Assembly (NCBI GenBank): GCA_044229475.1
Contig: JBGASW010000002.1
Coordinates: forward strand, 743,517-807,516
DNA from: Thermoanaerobaculia bacterium
GTDB lineage: Bacteria > Acidobacteriota > Thermoanaerobaculia > UBA5066
Direction: 5' to 3'
Length of the DNA: 64,000 nt
The notes below the pieces were generated by a model. That model made no database searches. It was not told where the DNA came from and saw only the letters and a program-made list of their open reading frames with translations. Below are positions 1 through 9,680 of the stretch, piece by piece (position 1 is the stretch's first letter; each line of letters starts with the position of its first letter). Both the position numbers and the translations under genes were made by a program.

Positions 1-432
1 CGCGAGCGCGACCCGCTGCCGCGTGCCGTGGGAGAGCGTGTCGCTCCGTGCGTCCGCGACGGCCACGAGGTCGAAGGCGTCGAGCTCGGCGTCGATCCGC
101 GACTCGAGCGCGGCGCCGCGCGCGCCGAAGACGGCGCCGACGAAGCGGAGGGTCTCGCGCGGCGTCCACTTCGGCCAGAGGTAGGGCCGGTCCGGCACGA
201 ACCCGAGCTTCGCCTTGGCGGCGACGGGGTCGCGGGCGACGTCGATGCCCGCGAGGAAGGTCCGGCCCGAGGTCGGGGACAGGAGGCCCGTGAGAAGGCC
301 GATCGCAGTCGTCTTTCCCGCCCCGTTGGGGCCCACGAGCGCGAAGAGCGCGCCGGCGGGAATCTCCAGGGTGAAGTCCGAGAGGGCCGTCCTGTCGCCG
401 TAGCGTTTGACGGCCCTCTCGAACCGGATCAC
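1..432 (-). CDS. ABC transporter ATP-binding protein, N-terminal part (gene runs off window start)
   Basis: Minus-strand translation from GTG (rc of 430-432) reads MIRFERAVKRYGDRTALSDFTLEIPAGALFALVGPNGAGKTT... (Walker A GPNGAGKT). The + ORF 28..468 is its antisense shadow. Confidence 0.75.
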   Translation of the reverse strand, partial: MIRFERAVKRYGDRTALSDFTLEIPAGALFALVGPNGAGKTTAIGLLTGLLSPTSGRTFLAGIDVARDPVAAKAKLGFVPDRPYLWPKWTPRETLRFVGAVFGARGAALESRIDAELDAFDLVAVADARSDTLSHGTRQRVALA

Positions 433-507
433 GCCCGGATCTTAAACGGAGCGGCTTTCGGGGCCTGATTCACCCGCCTCATGGCCGGGTCCGCGGGCGC
501 CTCCCTA

Positions 508-638
508 CACTTCCTTTGAATGCGTCCCACGTCTGCGACGTCTCTTCGGGGACGGCCGCCGATCCCTCAGGATACGCAGAAACAGGAAGGAAGACAGGGG
601 AGAACCAGATGACAGGCTCGTTCAACGCCTTCGAAATG
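508..638. repeat. Convergent pair of AT-rich family motifs (cacTTCCTTTGAATG 508-522 and CCTTCGAAATG 628-638) bracketing the gdh RBS and start codon
   Basis: Forward and reverse-complement copies 120 bp apart. AT-rich islands in GC-rich context. Confidence 0.6.
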
Positions 639-1892
639 GCCCAGACCCAGTTCGACAAGAGCGCCGACATTCTCGCGCTCGACGCACCGACCCGCGACCT
701 CCTCCGGTGGCCGCTCCGCGAATACTGGTTCGCGATCCCGGTCCGCATGGACGACGGGAAGGTCAAGGTGTTCCGCGGCTTCCGCGTTCAGCACAACGAC
801 GCCCGCGGCCCCAGCAAGGGCGGCATCCGCTTCCACCCGCAGGAGACGATCGACACGGTGCGCGCTCTCTCCATGTGGATGACGTGGAAGTGCGCGGTCG
901 TCGACATCCCGCTCGGCGGCGCCAAGGGCGGCGTCATCTGCGACCCCCACAACCTCTCCGCGCGCGAGCAGGAAGGCATCTGCCGCGGCTGGGTCCGCCA
1001 GGTCGCGAAGAACGTCGGCCCCGCGATCGACGTGCCGGCTCCGGACGTCATGACGACTCCGCAGCACATGCTCTGGATGCTCGACGAGTGGGAGACGATC
1101 CACGGCCACCGCGGCCCCGGCTTCATCACGGGCAAGCCGGTCGGCATGGGCGGCTCGCTCGGCCGCACCGAGGCGACGGGCTACGGGGCGGTCTTCACGC
1201 TGCGCGAGGCGCTCAGGAAGATGGGGATCGACGTCGCGAAGACGAAGGCGTCCGTTCAGGGGTTCGGCAACGTCTCGCAGTACGCGATCCAGCTCTACAC
1301 GAAGATGGGCGGCACGGTCGTCGCGGTCTCGTCGTGGGACCAGGCCGACCAGACGTCCTACACGTTCCGCAAGGAGTCGGGCGTGGACGGTGCCCAGCTC
1401 ATGGGGATCACGGACCACTTCGGCGGGATCGACAAGGCCAAGGCGAAGGCGCTGGGCTACGAGGTCAAGCCGGGCGGCGACTGGATCGCCGAGGACGTCG
1501 ACATCCTGATCCCGGCAGCCATCGAGAACCAGGTCACCGGCGAGACCGCGAAGAAGATCGCGAAGCGCGTGAAGGTCGTCGTCGAGGGCGCGAACGGCCC
1601 GACGACGCCCGAGGCGGACGCGATCCTCAAGGAACGCGGCATCTTCGTGATCCCGGACTTCCTCGCGAACGCCGGCGGCGTCACGTGCAGCTACTTCGAG
1701 CAGGTCCAGAGCAACATGAACCACTACTGGACGCAGGAAGAGGTCCTCAAGAAGCTCGACGACAAGATGACGCGCGCGTTTCACGACGTCGCGGACCTTG
1801 CGGCGTCGCGCAAGCTCTACATGCGGGACGCCGCGTACGTGATCGCGGTCAGCAGGGTCGCGAAGGCCTGCCGCGACCGCGGCTGGGTCTAG
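609..1892 (+). CDS. gdhA: Glutamate dehydrogenase (Glu/Leu/Phe/Val dehydrogenase family)
   Basis: ORF 516..1892. Probable start ATG 609 after a GGAAGGAAG/AGGGGAG RBS. Motif GGIRFHPQET...KCAVVDIPLGGAKGG and a C-terminal NAD(P)-binding region. Confidence 0.9.
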   Translation: MTGSFNAFEMAQTQFDKSADILALDAPTRDLLRWPLREYWFAIPVRMDDGKVKVFRGFRVQHNDARGPSKGGIRFHPQETIDTVRALSMWMTWKCAVVDIPLGGAKGGVICDPHNLSAREQEGICRGWVRQVAKNVGPAIDVPAPDVMTTPQHMLWMLDEWETIHGHRGPGFITGKPVGMGGSLGRTEATGYGAVFTLREALRKMGIDVAKTKASVQGFGNVSQYAIQLYTKMGGTVVAVSSWDQADQTSYTFRKESGVDGAQLMGITDHFGGIDKAKAKALGYEVKPGGDWIAEDVDILIPAAIENQVTGETAKKIAKRVKVVVEGANGPTTPEADAILKERGIFVIPDFLANAGGVTCSYFEQVQSNMNHYWTQEEVLKKLDDKMTRAFHDVADLAASRKLYMRDAAYVIAVSRVAKACRDRGWV

Positions 1893-1934
1893 GGTCCTTC
1901 CGTCCAGCGTCGTCCCGGTAAACTGGGGCCTGAC

Positions 1935-4700
1935 GTGACGACGCCGGGCGATCATCTCCTCGAGGCGCTCCAGGAGCGGGCCAAAGAGCTCAGCACGATT
2001 TACCGCGTCAACGAGGCGTGCCGGGCGCCGCAGTCCTCGCTGGACGAGGTGTTCCGGAACGTCGTCCGGATCCTCCCGGCCGGGTGGCAGTTTCCCGAGG
2101 CGTGCGTCGCGCGTCTCACGGTGGACGGAACGGTCTACGGCCCGCCGGGAGCGGTCGCCTCTCCGTGGCGGCAGGCCGCGACGATACGCGTCCAGGGCGA
2201 ACCCGCGGGCACGCTCGAGGTCTTCTACGAGGAGGAGCGCCCGGCGGCGGACGAGGGGCCGTTCCTCAAGGAAGAGCGCCGTCTCCTCGACGCGGTCGCC
2301 GAGCGGCTCGGGCAGCTCCTCCTCGAGCGGCGCCTTCTCGACGCGCTCCACGGGCGCCGCGAAGACGACGCCTCGGACGCTCCGGACGCCGAGTGGCGGG
2401 TCATCGTCGACTTCCTTCGCCAGACGGATCCGCGCCACCTGATCCGGCTCTCGCGCCGGATGATCAATTACCTTTGCTGGAACGGCGTCGCGGCCGCGCA
2501 GGACCTCCTCCCTCACTTCGCGGGCGGGCGCGAGCCGCTCGAGTCCGACGAGAACCGGCCCTCGCCGCGCCGGAGCGCCGAGCACCTGCTCGGCGTCGCC
2601 GACGCCGCGTTCCGCCTCGCGTCCTTGCACCTCTCGTCCGCGGAGATCCGCTCGTGCATCCAGAAGTGGATCCGGGACGACAAAGCCGACTTCCTTCTCC
2701 GCGCCGCGGAGAACCCGGGCACGTCCACCGCGGAGCTCGCGCAGGCGCTCGCCCGCTTCCACGACTCCCATCTCGACGACCGCCAGCTTTCGCGCACGGT
2801 CCAGGTCGAGCTCCGCGTGTCGCTCGCGCGCCGGTTCCTGACCGACGACCTCGGGTTCGTGGACGTCGCGAAGGACTTCATCGACACGGCGGACTTCTTC
2901 GACCTCGTGCGCCACGTGATCTCGCCGCCGAGAAGCTACGGCCGCGTGGGCGGGAAGGCCTCCGGCCTCTTCCTTGCGTCCCAGATCGTCAAGAAGTCGA
3001 CCGAGTTCGCGGACGCGCTCGGCGAGATCCGGATCCCGAAGACCTGGTACGTCTCGTCGGACGCGATCCTCGACTTCATCGAGTTCAACCAGCTCGACGA
3101 CCTCTACGACCGCAAGTACCTCGAGATCGACCAGGTCCGGCGCGAGTACCCGCACGTCATCCAGGTCTTCAAGAACTCCCACTTCTCCCCCGAGATCGTC
3201 AAGGGCCTCTCGGTCGCCCTCGACGACTTCGGCGACCGGCCGCTCATCGTGCGCAGCTCGAGCCTTCTCGAGGACCGCGTGGGGGCCGCCTTCTCGGGCA
3301 AGTACAAGAGCCTCTTCCTCGCGAACCAGGGCCCGAAGGCCGAGCGTCTCACGGCGCTTCTCGACGCGATCGCCGAGGTGTACGCCTCGGTCTTCGGTCC
3401 CGACCCCCTCGAGTACCGCGCCGAGCGCGGGCTCCTCGACGTCCACGAGGAGATGGGCATCCTGCTGCAGGAGGTCGTCGGGAGTCGCGTCGGGCGCTAC
3501 TTCCTTCCGACGTTCGCGGGCGTCGCGTTCTCGAACAACGAGTTCCGGTGGTCGCCGCGGATCGCGCGCGAGGACGGGCTCGTGCGGCTCGTGGCGGGGC
3601 TCGGGACCCGCGCCGTGGACCGCGTCGCGGACGACTACCCGATCCTCGTCGCGCCCGGGAAGCCCGGCCTGCGCGTGAACGTCACGCCCGAGGAGGTCGT
3701 CCGCTACGCGCCCCGGAAGGTGGACGTCATCGACCTTCAGTCCGGGACGTTCGAGACGCTGGATCTCGAACGCCTCCTCGACGAGTGCGGAGCGGACATT
3801 CCGGGCGTCGAGCAGGTCCTCTCCGTGTCCGACGAGACCGGTGTCCACCGGCCGTACTTCCTGGACTGGACGTCGAAGAAGGGCCGGTTCATCGCGACGT
3901 TCGAGACTCTTCTCGAGTCGACGCCGTTCCTCTCCCGCATGCGCGCCCTGCTCCGCGTCCTGCGCGAGAAGACGCATGGCCCCGTCGACATCGAATTCGC
4001 GTCCGACGGGAAGGACCTCTACCTCCTGCAGTGTCGGCCGCAGAGCTTCGCGGAGGAGTCCGCGGCCTCCGTGATCCCCTCCGACCTCTCCGGCGATCGC
4101 GTGATCTTCGAGGCGAAGCGGTTCGTCTCGAACGGCCGCGTGCCGGACATTACCCACGTCGTCTACGTCGATCCCGAAGGCTACGCGGCTCTGCCCGACG
4201 CGGCCTCGCTCCGGCGCGTGGGTCAGGCCGTGGGACGCATGAACAAGCTGCTTCCGAAGCGCGAATTCATCCTCATGGGACCGGGGCGGTGGGGGAGCCG
4301 CGGCGACCTCCGGCTCGGGGTCCCCGTCGGGTACTCGGACATCCACAACGCCGCCGCGCTCATCGAGATCGCGCGCCGGCGCGGGGGTTACGTCCCCGAT
4401 CTCTCGTTCGGGACGCACTTCTTCCAGGACCTCGTCGAAGCGTCCATCCGCTACCTGCCGCTCTTCCCGGACGATCCCGACGTTCGGTTCCGCGAGGCCT
4501 TCCTCAAGGACTCGCCGAGCGTCCTCCTCGAGCTCGCGCCGGAGTTCCGCGACCTCGAGGCGGTCGTCCGCGTGATCGACGTTCCGAAGGTCACGGGCGG
4601 GTTCGTCCTGAAGCTGCTCCTGAACGCGGACGAGGACCACGCCGTCGCGATCCTCTCGGCGCCCGGGCCGGGCGCCCGGACGCGGGTCTCCCGTTCGTGA
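1935..4700 (+). CDS. PEP/pyruvate-binding (PPDK_N-like ATP-grasp) domain protein with N-terminal sensory region, 921 aa
   Basis: GTG-start ORF. Central GKASGLF...PLIVRSSSLLEDRVGAAFSGKYKS motif typical of the PEP synthase/PPDK N-terminal domain. No GGxxSHAAI swivel motif seen. High GC3. Confidence 0.7.
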   Translation: MTTPGDHLLEALQERAKELSTIYRVNEACRAPQSSLDEVFRNVVRILPAGWQFPEACVARLTVDGTVYGPPGAVASPWRQAATIRVQGEPAGTLEVFYEEERPAADEGPFLKEERRLLDAVAERLGQLLLERRLLDALHGRREDDASDAPDAEWRVIVDFLRQTDPRHLIRLSRRMINYLCWNGVAAAQDLLPHFAGGREPLESDENRPSPRRSAEHLLGVADAAFRLASLHLSSAEIRSCIQKWIRDDKADFLLRAAENPGTSTAELAQALARFHDSHLDDRQLSRTVQVELRVSLARRFLTDDLGFVDVAKDFIDTADFFDLVRHVISPPRSYGRVGGKASGLFLASQIVKKSTEFADALGEIRIPKTWYVSSDAILDFIEFNQLDDLYDRKYLEIDQVRREYPHVIQVFKNSHFSPEIVKGLSVALDDFGDRPLIVRSSSLLEDRVGAAFSGKYKSLFLANQGPKAERLTALLDAIAEVYASVFGPDPLEYRAERGLLDVHEEMGILLQEVVGSRVGRYFLPTFAGVAFSNNEFRWSPRIAREDGLVRLVAGLGTRAVDRVADDYPILVAPGKPGLRVNVTPEEVVRYAPRKVDVIDLQSGTFETLDLERLLDECGADIPGVEQVLSVSDETGVHRPYFLDWTSKKGRFIATFETLLESTPFLSRMRALLRVLREKTHGPVDIEFASDGKDLYLLQCRPQSFAEESAASVIPSDLSGDRVIFEAKRFVSNGRVPDITHVVYVDPEGYAALPDAASLRRVGQAVGRMNKLLPKREFILMGPGRWGSRGDLRLGVPVGYSDIHNAAALIEIARRRGGYVPDLSFGTHFFQDLVEASIRYLPLFPDDPDVRFREAFLKDSPSVLLELAPEFRDLEAVVRVIDVPKVTGGFVLKLLLNADEDHAVAILSAPGPGARTRVSRS

Positions 4701-5278
4701 AGGCCGCGCCGGAACGCGACGACGCCGAGCTCGTCCGCGCCGCCCTCGAGAGCGACGCCGACGCGTTCGGAATCCTCGTGGAACGCTACCGCGTCCGGCT
4801 CTACCGCTTCGTCGGGCGGTACACGAACGACGCCGAGGACGCCCGGGACGTCACGCAGGAGGTCTTCCTGAAGGTCCACGCGGCCCTGGATTCGTACGAC
4901 CCGAAGTACAAGTTCTCGACCTGGCTCTTCCGGATCGCCGGCAACGCCGCGATCGACCACCTGAGGCGCCGCAAGGTCCGGCCGCTCCCGCTCGAGATCC
5001 CGGTGGGAGAGGACGGAGAGTCGCGCGTCGCCGAGCCGCGCGAGAGCCGTCCCGACCCTCTCGAGGACCTCACGCGCAGACGCCTGCGCGAGGCCCTCGC
5101 CGCGGCGATCGACCGCCTGCCGGACGACTACCGCGAGCTCATCAGCCTCCGGCACTACGGCGAGATGCCGTACGAGGAGATCGCCGAGCTCAAGGGCATG
5201 CCGCTCGGAACGGTCAAGAACAAGCTCTTCCGGGCGAGGCAGGCTCTTCGAGATCTTTTGCCGAAGGACATCGTATAG
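4697..5278 (+). CDS. RNA polymerase ECF-type sigma-70 factor
   Basis: GTG 4697 overlaps the upstream stop (GTGA). Sigma2/sigma4 regions: DAFGILVERYRVRLYRFV...DVTQEVFLKVH...ISLRHYGEMPYEEIAELKGMPLGTVKNKLFRARQAL. It is the 3' part of spurious long ORF 2018..5278. Confidence 0.85.
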   Translation: MKAAPERDDAELVRAALESDADAFGILVERYRVRLYRFVGRYTNDAEDARDVTQEVFLKVHAALDSYDPKYKFSTWLFRIAGNAAIDHLRRRKVRPLPLEIPVGEDGESRVAEPRESRPDPLEDLTRRRLREALAAAIDRLPDDYRELISLRHYGEMPYEEIAELKGMPLGTVKNKLFRARQALRDLLPKDIV

Positions 5279-5287
5279 AGAGGCGGG

Positions 5288-5800
5288 ATGATGGAGATTC
5301 GGGACGATCAGCGGGCCGTCGAGGCCCTCACCCCTGAGGAGATGGAGCGGGACCGCCGCATCGAACTCCTTGTGGATGAGTGTGTTAGATCGTCGCCGGC
5401 CCCCGGGCCCGAGTTCACGGCTGCCATCCTGGCAGCCCGGCCGTTCGCCCCGTGGGAGGTCCGGAAGGCCCGGGCCTGGCGCGTTCCGGCACTGGCCGCG
5501 TCCGGCCTCCTGGCGGCCAGCCTGGCCGTGTTTCTGGCCCCTCTGTGGTCGCTCGGCCCCGCCGCCGCGATGGAGTTGTGGGCCCGGGTGGTCGTCGCGT
5601 CGGCCTCGGGGGCGCTCGGCGCCGCGCTGGCCGCCGCTCCGGCCCTCGCGGACGCCACGGGCCGCGCGCTCGCCGGCGCCGACGGGCTCAGGCCCGCGCT
5701 CGGCGGCCTGCTGCTCCTGTCGGGCGGATCGCTCGCGCTGATCGCCCGGCGCCTCGCGAAGCGCCCGGTCCGCGCCGCGGCGCCCGCCGCGCGCGGCTGA
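5288..5800 (+). CDS. Putative anti-sigma factor (single-pass membrane protein)
   Basis: Immediately downstream of the ECF sigma. 170 aa with a cytoplasmic N-terminus and a hydrophobic Ala/Leu-rich segment. Operon position only. Confidence 0.5.
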   Translation: MMEIRDDQRAVEALTPEEMERDRRIELLVDECVRSSPAPGPEFTAAILAARPFAPWEVRKARAWRVPALAASGLLAASLAVFLAPLWSLGPAAAMELWARVVVASASGALGAALAAAPALADATGRALAGADGLRPALGGLLLLSGGSLALIARRLAKRPVRAAAPAARG

Positions 5801-5809
5801 CGCGGCGCC

Positions 5810-6778
5810 ATGCGCCGCAAGCCGCGCGCCCTTCTCTTTCTCGTCGCCGCACTGCTCATCGCGTCGTCTCCGGCACGGCCGGAGGAGATTTCTGCTTCGG
5901 AAATCCGCGTGTCGGCCGGGACGACCCGCTCCGGCGACCTCGTGGCTCTCGGAAGGAGGATTCTCTTAGAAGGTGAATTGGAAGGAAGCGTGGTGCTCGT
6001 CGGAGGCGGTGAGGCCGTGGTGACGGGTCGCATTCGTCGTGACCTCGTTCTCCTCGGTGCGAACGCCACGATTCGCCGCGGAGCCCGCATCGACGGCGAC
6101 GTCCTCTCCCTCGGCGGCTCTCTCACCTTCGAAGAAAATCCCCCGGTCTCTTCGGACGTCTCGCCTTTTCGCGGGCCGTCCCATCCGCAGGTCGGCGGGC
6201 GCGTTCGCACGGTCTCCGCCCTCGAGGCCGCCGTCGCCACGGAGCTGCAGACGTCCCCCGCCGCATCGCTCGCGCAGTGGCCGTTCCTCCTCTCGTTCCG
6301 CCTCGCGCTCCTCTTCGCGTGGCTCGTCGTCTCGCTCCTCCTCCTCGTTCTCGCGCCGCGGGCGATCGGCGAGTCCGCAGCGGGAGTCGCCGGGCGGAGT
6401 GCGTTCCTCGGCGCGCTCGGTGCAACCGCCGTCCTGACCGCCGCGCTCGCCGGCGCGCTCGCGCTGTCGCTCCTGCCGTCGCGCGTTTCGCTCGCGGCCG
6501 GCGCGGTCGTCCTCCTGGCGCTCGTCGCGGCGAAGGTCTGGGGGCTCACGGCGCTCTTCCTCGCCCTGGGCCGCCGCCTGAACGCGAGCGCCCGGCGCGG
6601 CAGCGCGCTCTTCGGCGATCCGGCCGCGGCTGCACTCGGCCTCCTCGCTCTCGGCGCCGCATCGCTCGTTCCGGTCGTGGGTCCCCTCGTCTGGGGCGCG
6701 GCGTCGCTCGTCGGGATCGGCGTTTCCCTCGCCGACGCCGCCTCCCGGGCCCCGCGGGTCGCGCTCGCGCCCTCCTGA
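5810..6778 (+). CDS. Bactofilin-like (polymer-forming beta-helix repeat) domain fused to a multi-pass membrane region
   Basis: Signal/TM N-terminus. Repeats [64 protein letters not shown] resemble bactofilin/CcmA repeats. C-terminal half is hydrophobic. Confidence 0.5.
   Translation: MRRKPRALLFLVAALLIASSPARPEEISASEIRVSAGTTRSGDLVALGRRILLEGELEGSVVLVGGGEAVVTGRIRRDLVLLGANATIRRGARIDGDVLSLGGSLTFEENPPVSSDVSPFRGPSHPQVGGRVRTVSALEAAVATELQTSPAASLAQWPFLLSFRLALLFAWLVVSLLLLVLAPRAIGESAAGVAGRSAFLGALGATAVLTAALAGALALSLLPSRVSLAAGAVVLLALVAAKVWGLTALFLALGRRLNASARRGSALFGDPAAAALGLLALGAASLVPVVGPLVWGAASLVGIGVSLADAASRAPRVALAPS
5958..6140. repeat. Convergent motif pair inside the bactofilin-like gene (GGATTCTCTTAGAAGGTG 5958-5975; CCTTCGAAGAAAATC 6126-6140). 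Nearby 5885-5905 holds palindrome GATTTC-N7-GAAATC
   Basis: Read in-frame as [10 protein letters not shown] and LTFEENPP. Confidence 0.6.
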
Positions 6779-6824
6779 TAGGCTCGGCGCCGGGTCGCCG
6801 GGCGGCCCCACAGGAGTCCAGCGG

Positions 6825-7706
6825 ATGAGTCTCGAAAAGATCGGCGTCGTCGGCGCCGGCCAGATGGGAGCGGGAATCGCGCACGTCGCGGCGCTCGCCG
6901 GCAAGAGCGTGGTCCTCCTCGACGTCTCCGACGACGCCGTGCAGAAGGGCCTGAAGGCGATCGGGAAGAACCTCGGCCGGCAGGTCGAGAAGGGCAAGGT
7001 CACGGCGGACACCCGCGACGCCGCGCTCGCGCGCATCTCTCCCACGACGGACCTGGGGCGTTTCGCCGACGCGGACCTCGTCGTCGAGGCCGTCGTCGAG
7101 AACGAGGACGTCAAGAAGGACCTCTTCGGGAAGCTCGACGTCCTCGTGAAGGCCGGCGGCATCCTCGCCTCCAACACCTCGTCGATCTCGATCACGCGTC
7201 TCGCGGCCTCGACGAAGCGGCCGGAGCGCTTCATCGGAATGCACTTCATGAACCCGGTGCCCGTCATGACGCTCGTCGAGGTCATCCGGGGGATCGCGAC
7301 GTCCGACGAGACGACGGCCTCCGTGGTCGCCCTCGCCGAGGCGATGGGGAAGACACCTCTCCTCTGCCGCGACTTCCCGGGCTTCGTCTCGAACCGCGTC
7401 CTGATGCCGATGCTCAACGAGGCGTTCTTCGTCCTCCACGAGGGCATCGCGACGCCCGAGGCCGTGGACGGGATCATGAAGCTCGGCATGAACCACCCGA
7501 TGGGCCCGCTCACGCTCGCCGACTTCATCGGCCTCGACACGTGCCTCGCGATCCTCCGCGTCCTGCACGGCGGCCTCGGCGACGACAAGTACCGCCCGTG
7601 CCCGCTCCTCGTGCAGATGGTCGACGCGGGCTGGCTCGGGAAGAAGGCCGGCCGAGGCTTCTATCGTTACGACGCCCCCGGTGGGAATCGGATTGAGATT
7701 TCTTAG
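6825..7706 (+). CDS. 3-hydroxybutyryl-CoA / 3-hydroxyacyl-CoA dehydrogenase
   Basis: N-terminal [13 protein letters not shown] Rossmann fold. Conserved NTSSISIT and [14 protein letters not shown] motifs. RBS AGGAG upstream. The TAG stop lies inside an AT-rich motif copy. Confidence 0.9.
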   Translation: MSLEKIGVVGAGQMGAGIAHVAALAGKSVVLLDVSDDAVQKGLKAIGKNLGRQVEKGKVTADTRDAALARISPTTDLGRFADADLVVEAVVENEDVKKDLFGKLDVLVKAGGILASNTSSISITRLAASTKRPERFIGMHFMNPVPVMTLVEVIRGIATSDETTASVVALAEAMGKTPLLCRDFPGFVSNRVLMPMLNEAFFVLHEGIATPEAVDGIMKLGMNHPMGPLTLADFIGLDTCLAILRVLHGGLGDDKYRPCPLLVQMVDAGWLGKKAGRGFYRYDAPGGNRIEIS

Positions 7707-7751
7707 AAGGGAAGAGGGGCGAGCGGCGGGAGCTCCTCGGGTGGTCGTCCC

Positions 7752-9605
7752 GTGATCTGTCAGGTGTGTGGAACGGGCAACGAGCTCGACCGCGAGTTCT
7801 GCGCGAAGTGCCAGAGCAAGCTCCTCGTCGTCTCGGGCGCGGCAGAGACCTACGACGAGGGCACGCCCGAGGAAGGCGTCTCGCTGGACGAGCACCTCCT
7901 CGAGCGCGTCTCGGTCCTCGAGGAGATCGTCAAGCGCAGCGCCGAGACGCTCAAGATGCTGCTCGAGGCGCTGAACCGGCAGGAGAAGAACGGTTTCGTT
8001 TCGCAGACGGGCCTCCTCGCCCTCAAGGACCTTCTCGAGCGCAAGGGCCTCCTCGTCGAGGAGGAGCTCCTCGACCTCTGGGAGACGCGCGTCGACCTCC
8101 ACATGGCCGCGATGGAGAAGCGCGAGCGCTTCCTCGAGCGCAAGGAGCGGATGCTCGGCAGCTTCTCGGGCGAGCGGCGCGAGCGGTTCAAGGGGCTCCT
8201 CGCGGACGCCGAGTTCGCCTTCTACGCACTCGACCCCGAGAAGGCCGTGCGTTCGCTCGAGGACGCGTTCCGCCTCGACAAGACGAACGCGGAGCTCGCG
8301 TTCTACCTCGGCGAAACCGCGTTCAACGAGGGCGAGACCGAGCGCGCCGCGCAGCTCCTCCACACGGTCCTCGCGCGCGAGCCGCGCCACTTCGAGGCGC
8401 TCGTCTATACGGGGGTCCTCGAGAACGAGGCCGGCCGGACGGACCGCGCGCTCGAGGCGCTCAAGGAAGCCGTCGCGGTCAAGCCGGACGCGTTTCTCCC
8501 GTACTTCGCGCTCGGTGCGCTCTTTGCGCTCCGCGGGCAGCTCGCGCGCGCCGAGACGTTCCTCCGGAAGGCCGTCGAGATCGACGAGAACCCGCAGGCG
8601 TACTCCCTGCTCGGCACGATCGCGTACGAGCGCGGCCGCCTCGCGGAGGCGACGGAGGCGTTCCAGAAGGCCGTGCGTCTCGACCCGGACGACGAGGACG
8701 CGCTGTACCAGCTCGGGCTCTGCTACCTCGACCGCGGGTGGACGCAGAAGGCCGCCGAGCGCTTCCAGTCCGCGCTCGAGCTGAACCCGAACCGCATCGA
8801 GTACCAGGAGGCCTGCAAGCTCCTCGCACCGTCGGGCGCGCGGGCGCTTCCGAAGGTGACCGGCGAGGCTGCGCAGCTCGCGCGCCGGGCGGAGGCCGCG
8901 GCTCCGCGCGACCCGCAGAAGGCGCTCGCGATCTACCGGCGCGCGCTGAAGATCGACGCGGAGAACCCGACGCTCCTGATCGCGTTCGCGCTCCTCTGCT
9001 CGGCCGTGGGCCGGACGTCGGAGGCCGTCGCGACGACGCGCCGCGTCCTCTCGCGCGAGCCCGGGGAGATGGTGGCGGCGGCCGCGTACGCGACGCTCCT
9101 CGAGGCGCTCAAGGCCGAAGGGAAGTTCCGCGAGGGGAGCCGAGTCGCCGAGGAGATGCTCGGGGCGGTGCGCTCCAACTACGCGCGCTCGATCGCGTAC
9201 TTCCAGCGCGCGACGGCGCTCGCGGAGATGGGGGAGGACCTGGACGCCGCCCTCGAGCTCGCGGACCTCTCGCTGAAGCTCTCGCCGAAGGAAATGCGGC
9301 AGTTCCCGCTCGCGGCCAAGGGCTGGGTGCACTACAAGCGGCGTGAGTTCGACCGGGCCGTGGAGTGCCTGAGGCGCGCGACGGACCTCGGCGAAACGCC
9401 GACGGGCCTCACGCACCTCGGCCTCGCGTACCTCGCGCTCGGCGACGCCCGTGCGGCGCGGCAGGCCTTCGGGCGCGCCAAGCGTCGTGACGTGCGCGTC
9501 TCGGGCGGACGCGGCGGGCTCGAGGCAAAGATGCTCGAGCAGATCCGCCGGAACCTCCAGCTCACCGAGAAGCTCGCGAACCGGAAGAAGACGCGCCTGG
9601 CCTGA
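7752..9605 (+). CDS. TPR-repeat protein with N-terminal zinc-ribbon (CxxC...CxxC)
   Basis: GTG start. MICQVCGTGNELDREFCAKCQ followed by many TPR-like helices (AYSLLGTIAYERGRLAEATEAFQKAVRLDP etc.). Confidence 0.8.
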   Translation: MICQVCGTGNELDREFCAKCQSKLLVVSGAAETYDEGTPEEGVSLDEHLLERVSVLEEIVKRSAETLKMLLEALNRQEKNGFVSQTGLLALKDLLERKGLLVEEELLDLWETRVDLHMAAMEKRERFLERKERMLGSFSGERRERFKGLLADAEFAFYALDPEKAVRSLEDAFRLDKTNAELAFYLGETAFNEGETERAAQLLHTVLAREPRHFEALVYTGVLENEAGRTDRALEALKEAVAVKPDAFLPYFALGALFALRGQLARAETFLRKAVEIDENPQAYSLLGTIAYERGRLAEATEAFQKAVRLDPDDEDALYQLGLCYLDRGWTQKAAERFQSALELNPNRIEYQEACKLLAPSGARALPKVTGEAAQLARRAEAAAPRDPQKALAIYRRALKIDAENPTLLIAFALLCSAVGRTSEAVATTRRVLSREPGEMVAAAAYATLLEALKAEGKFREGSRVAEEMLGAVRSNYARSIAYFQRATALAEMGEDLDAALELADLSLKLSPKEMRQFPLAAKGWVHYKRREFDRAVECLRRATDLGETPTGLTHLGLAYLALGDARAARQAFGRAKRRDVRVSGGRGGLEAKMLEQIRRNLQLTEKLANRKKTRLA

Positions 9606-9610
9606 GACTC

Positions 9611-9628
9611 ACTTGCGTTAACGCAAGT
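9611..9628. promoter_or_regulatory. 18-bp perfect palindrome ACTTGCGTTAACGCAAGT just 3' of the TPR gene and 5' of the receptor promoter (operator or hairpin terminator candidate)
   Basis: Sequence is its own reverse complement. No downstream U-tract. Confidence 0.4.
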
Positions 9629-9652
9629 CGTTCTTGGCATGCGTTTCCGTTG

Positions 9653-9680
9653 TTGACACGGAGTTTTCTTTGAATATAGA
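9653..9680 (+). promoter_or_regulatory. Sigma70-like promoter TTGACA-N16-TATAGA for the downstream TonB-dependent receptor
   Basis: TTGACA 9653-9658 and TATAGA 9675-9680 in an AT-rich intergenic island. An AT-rich motif copy (gagttttctttgaatat) occupies the spacer. Confidence 0.55.

Noticed and set aside
567-4640. 1357-aa minus-strand ORF
   Set aside because: Antisense shadow of gdh and the PEP-binding protein, typical of high-GC DNA. Low-complexity Arg/Ala/Glu-rich translation with no motifs
2018-4696. 5' portion of 1086-aa plus-strand ORF
   Set aside because: Alternate-frame shadow with Arg/Pro-rich low-complexity translation. Only its last 194 codons (4697-5278) form the real ECF sigma gene
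6546-9416. 956-aa minus-strand ORF
   Set aside because: Antisense to the hbd and TPR genes. No recognisable domains. GC3 pattern favours the plus-strand genes
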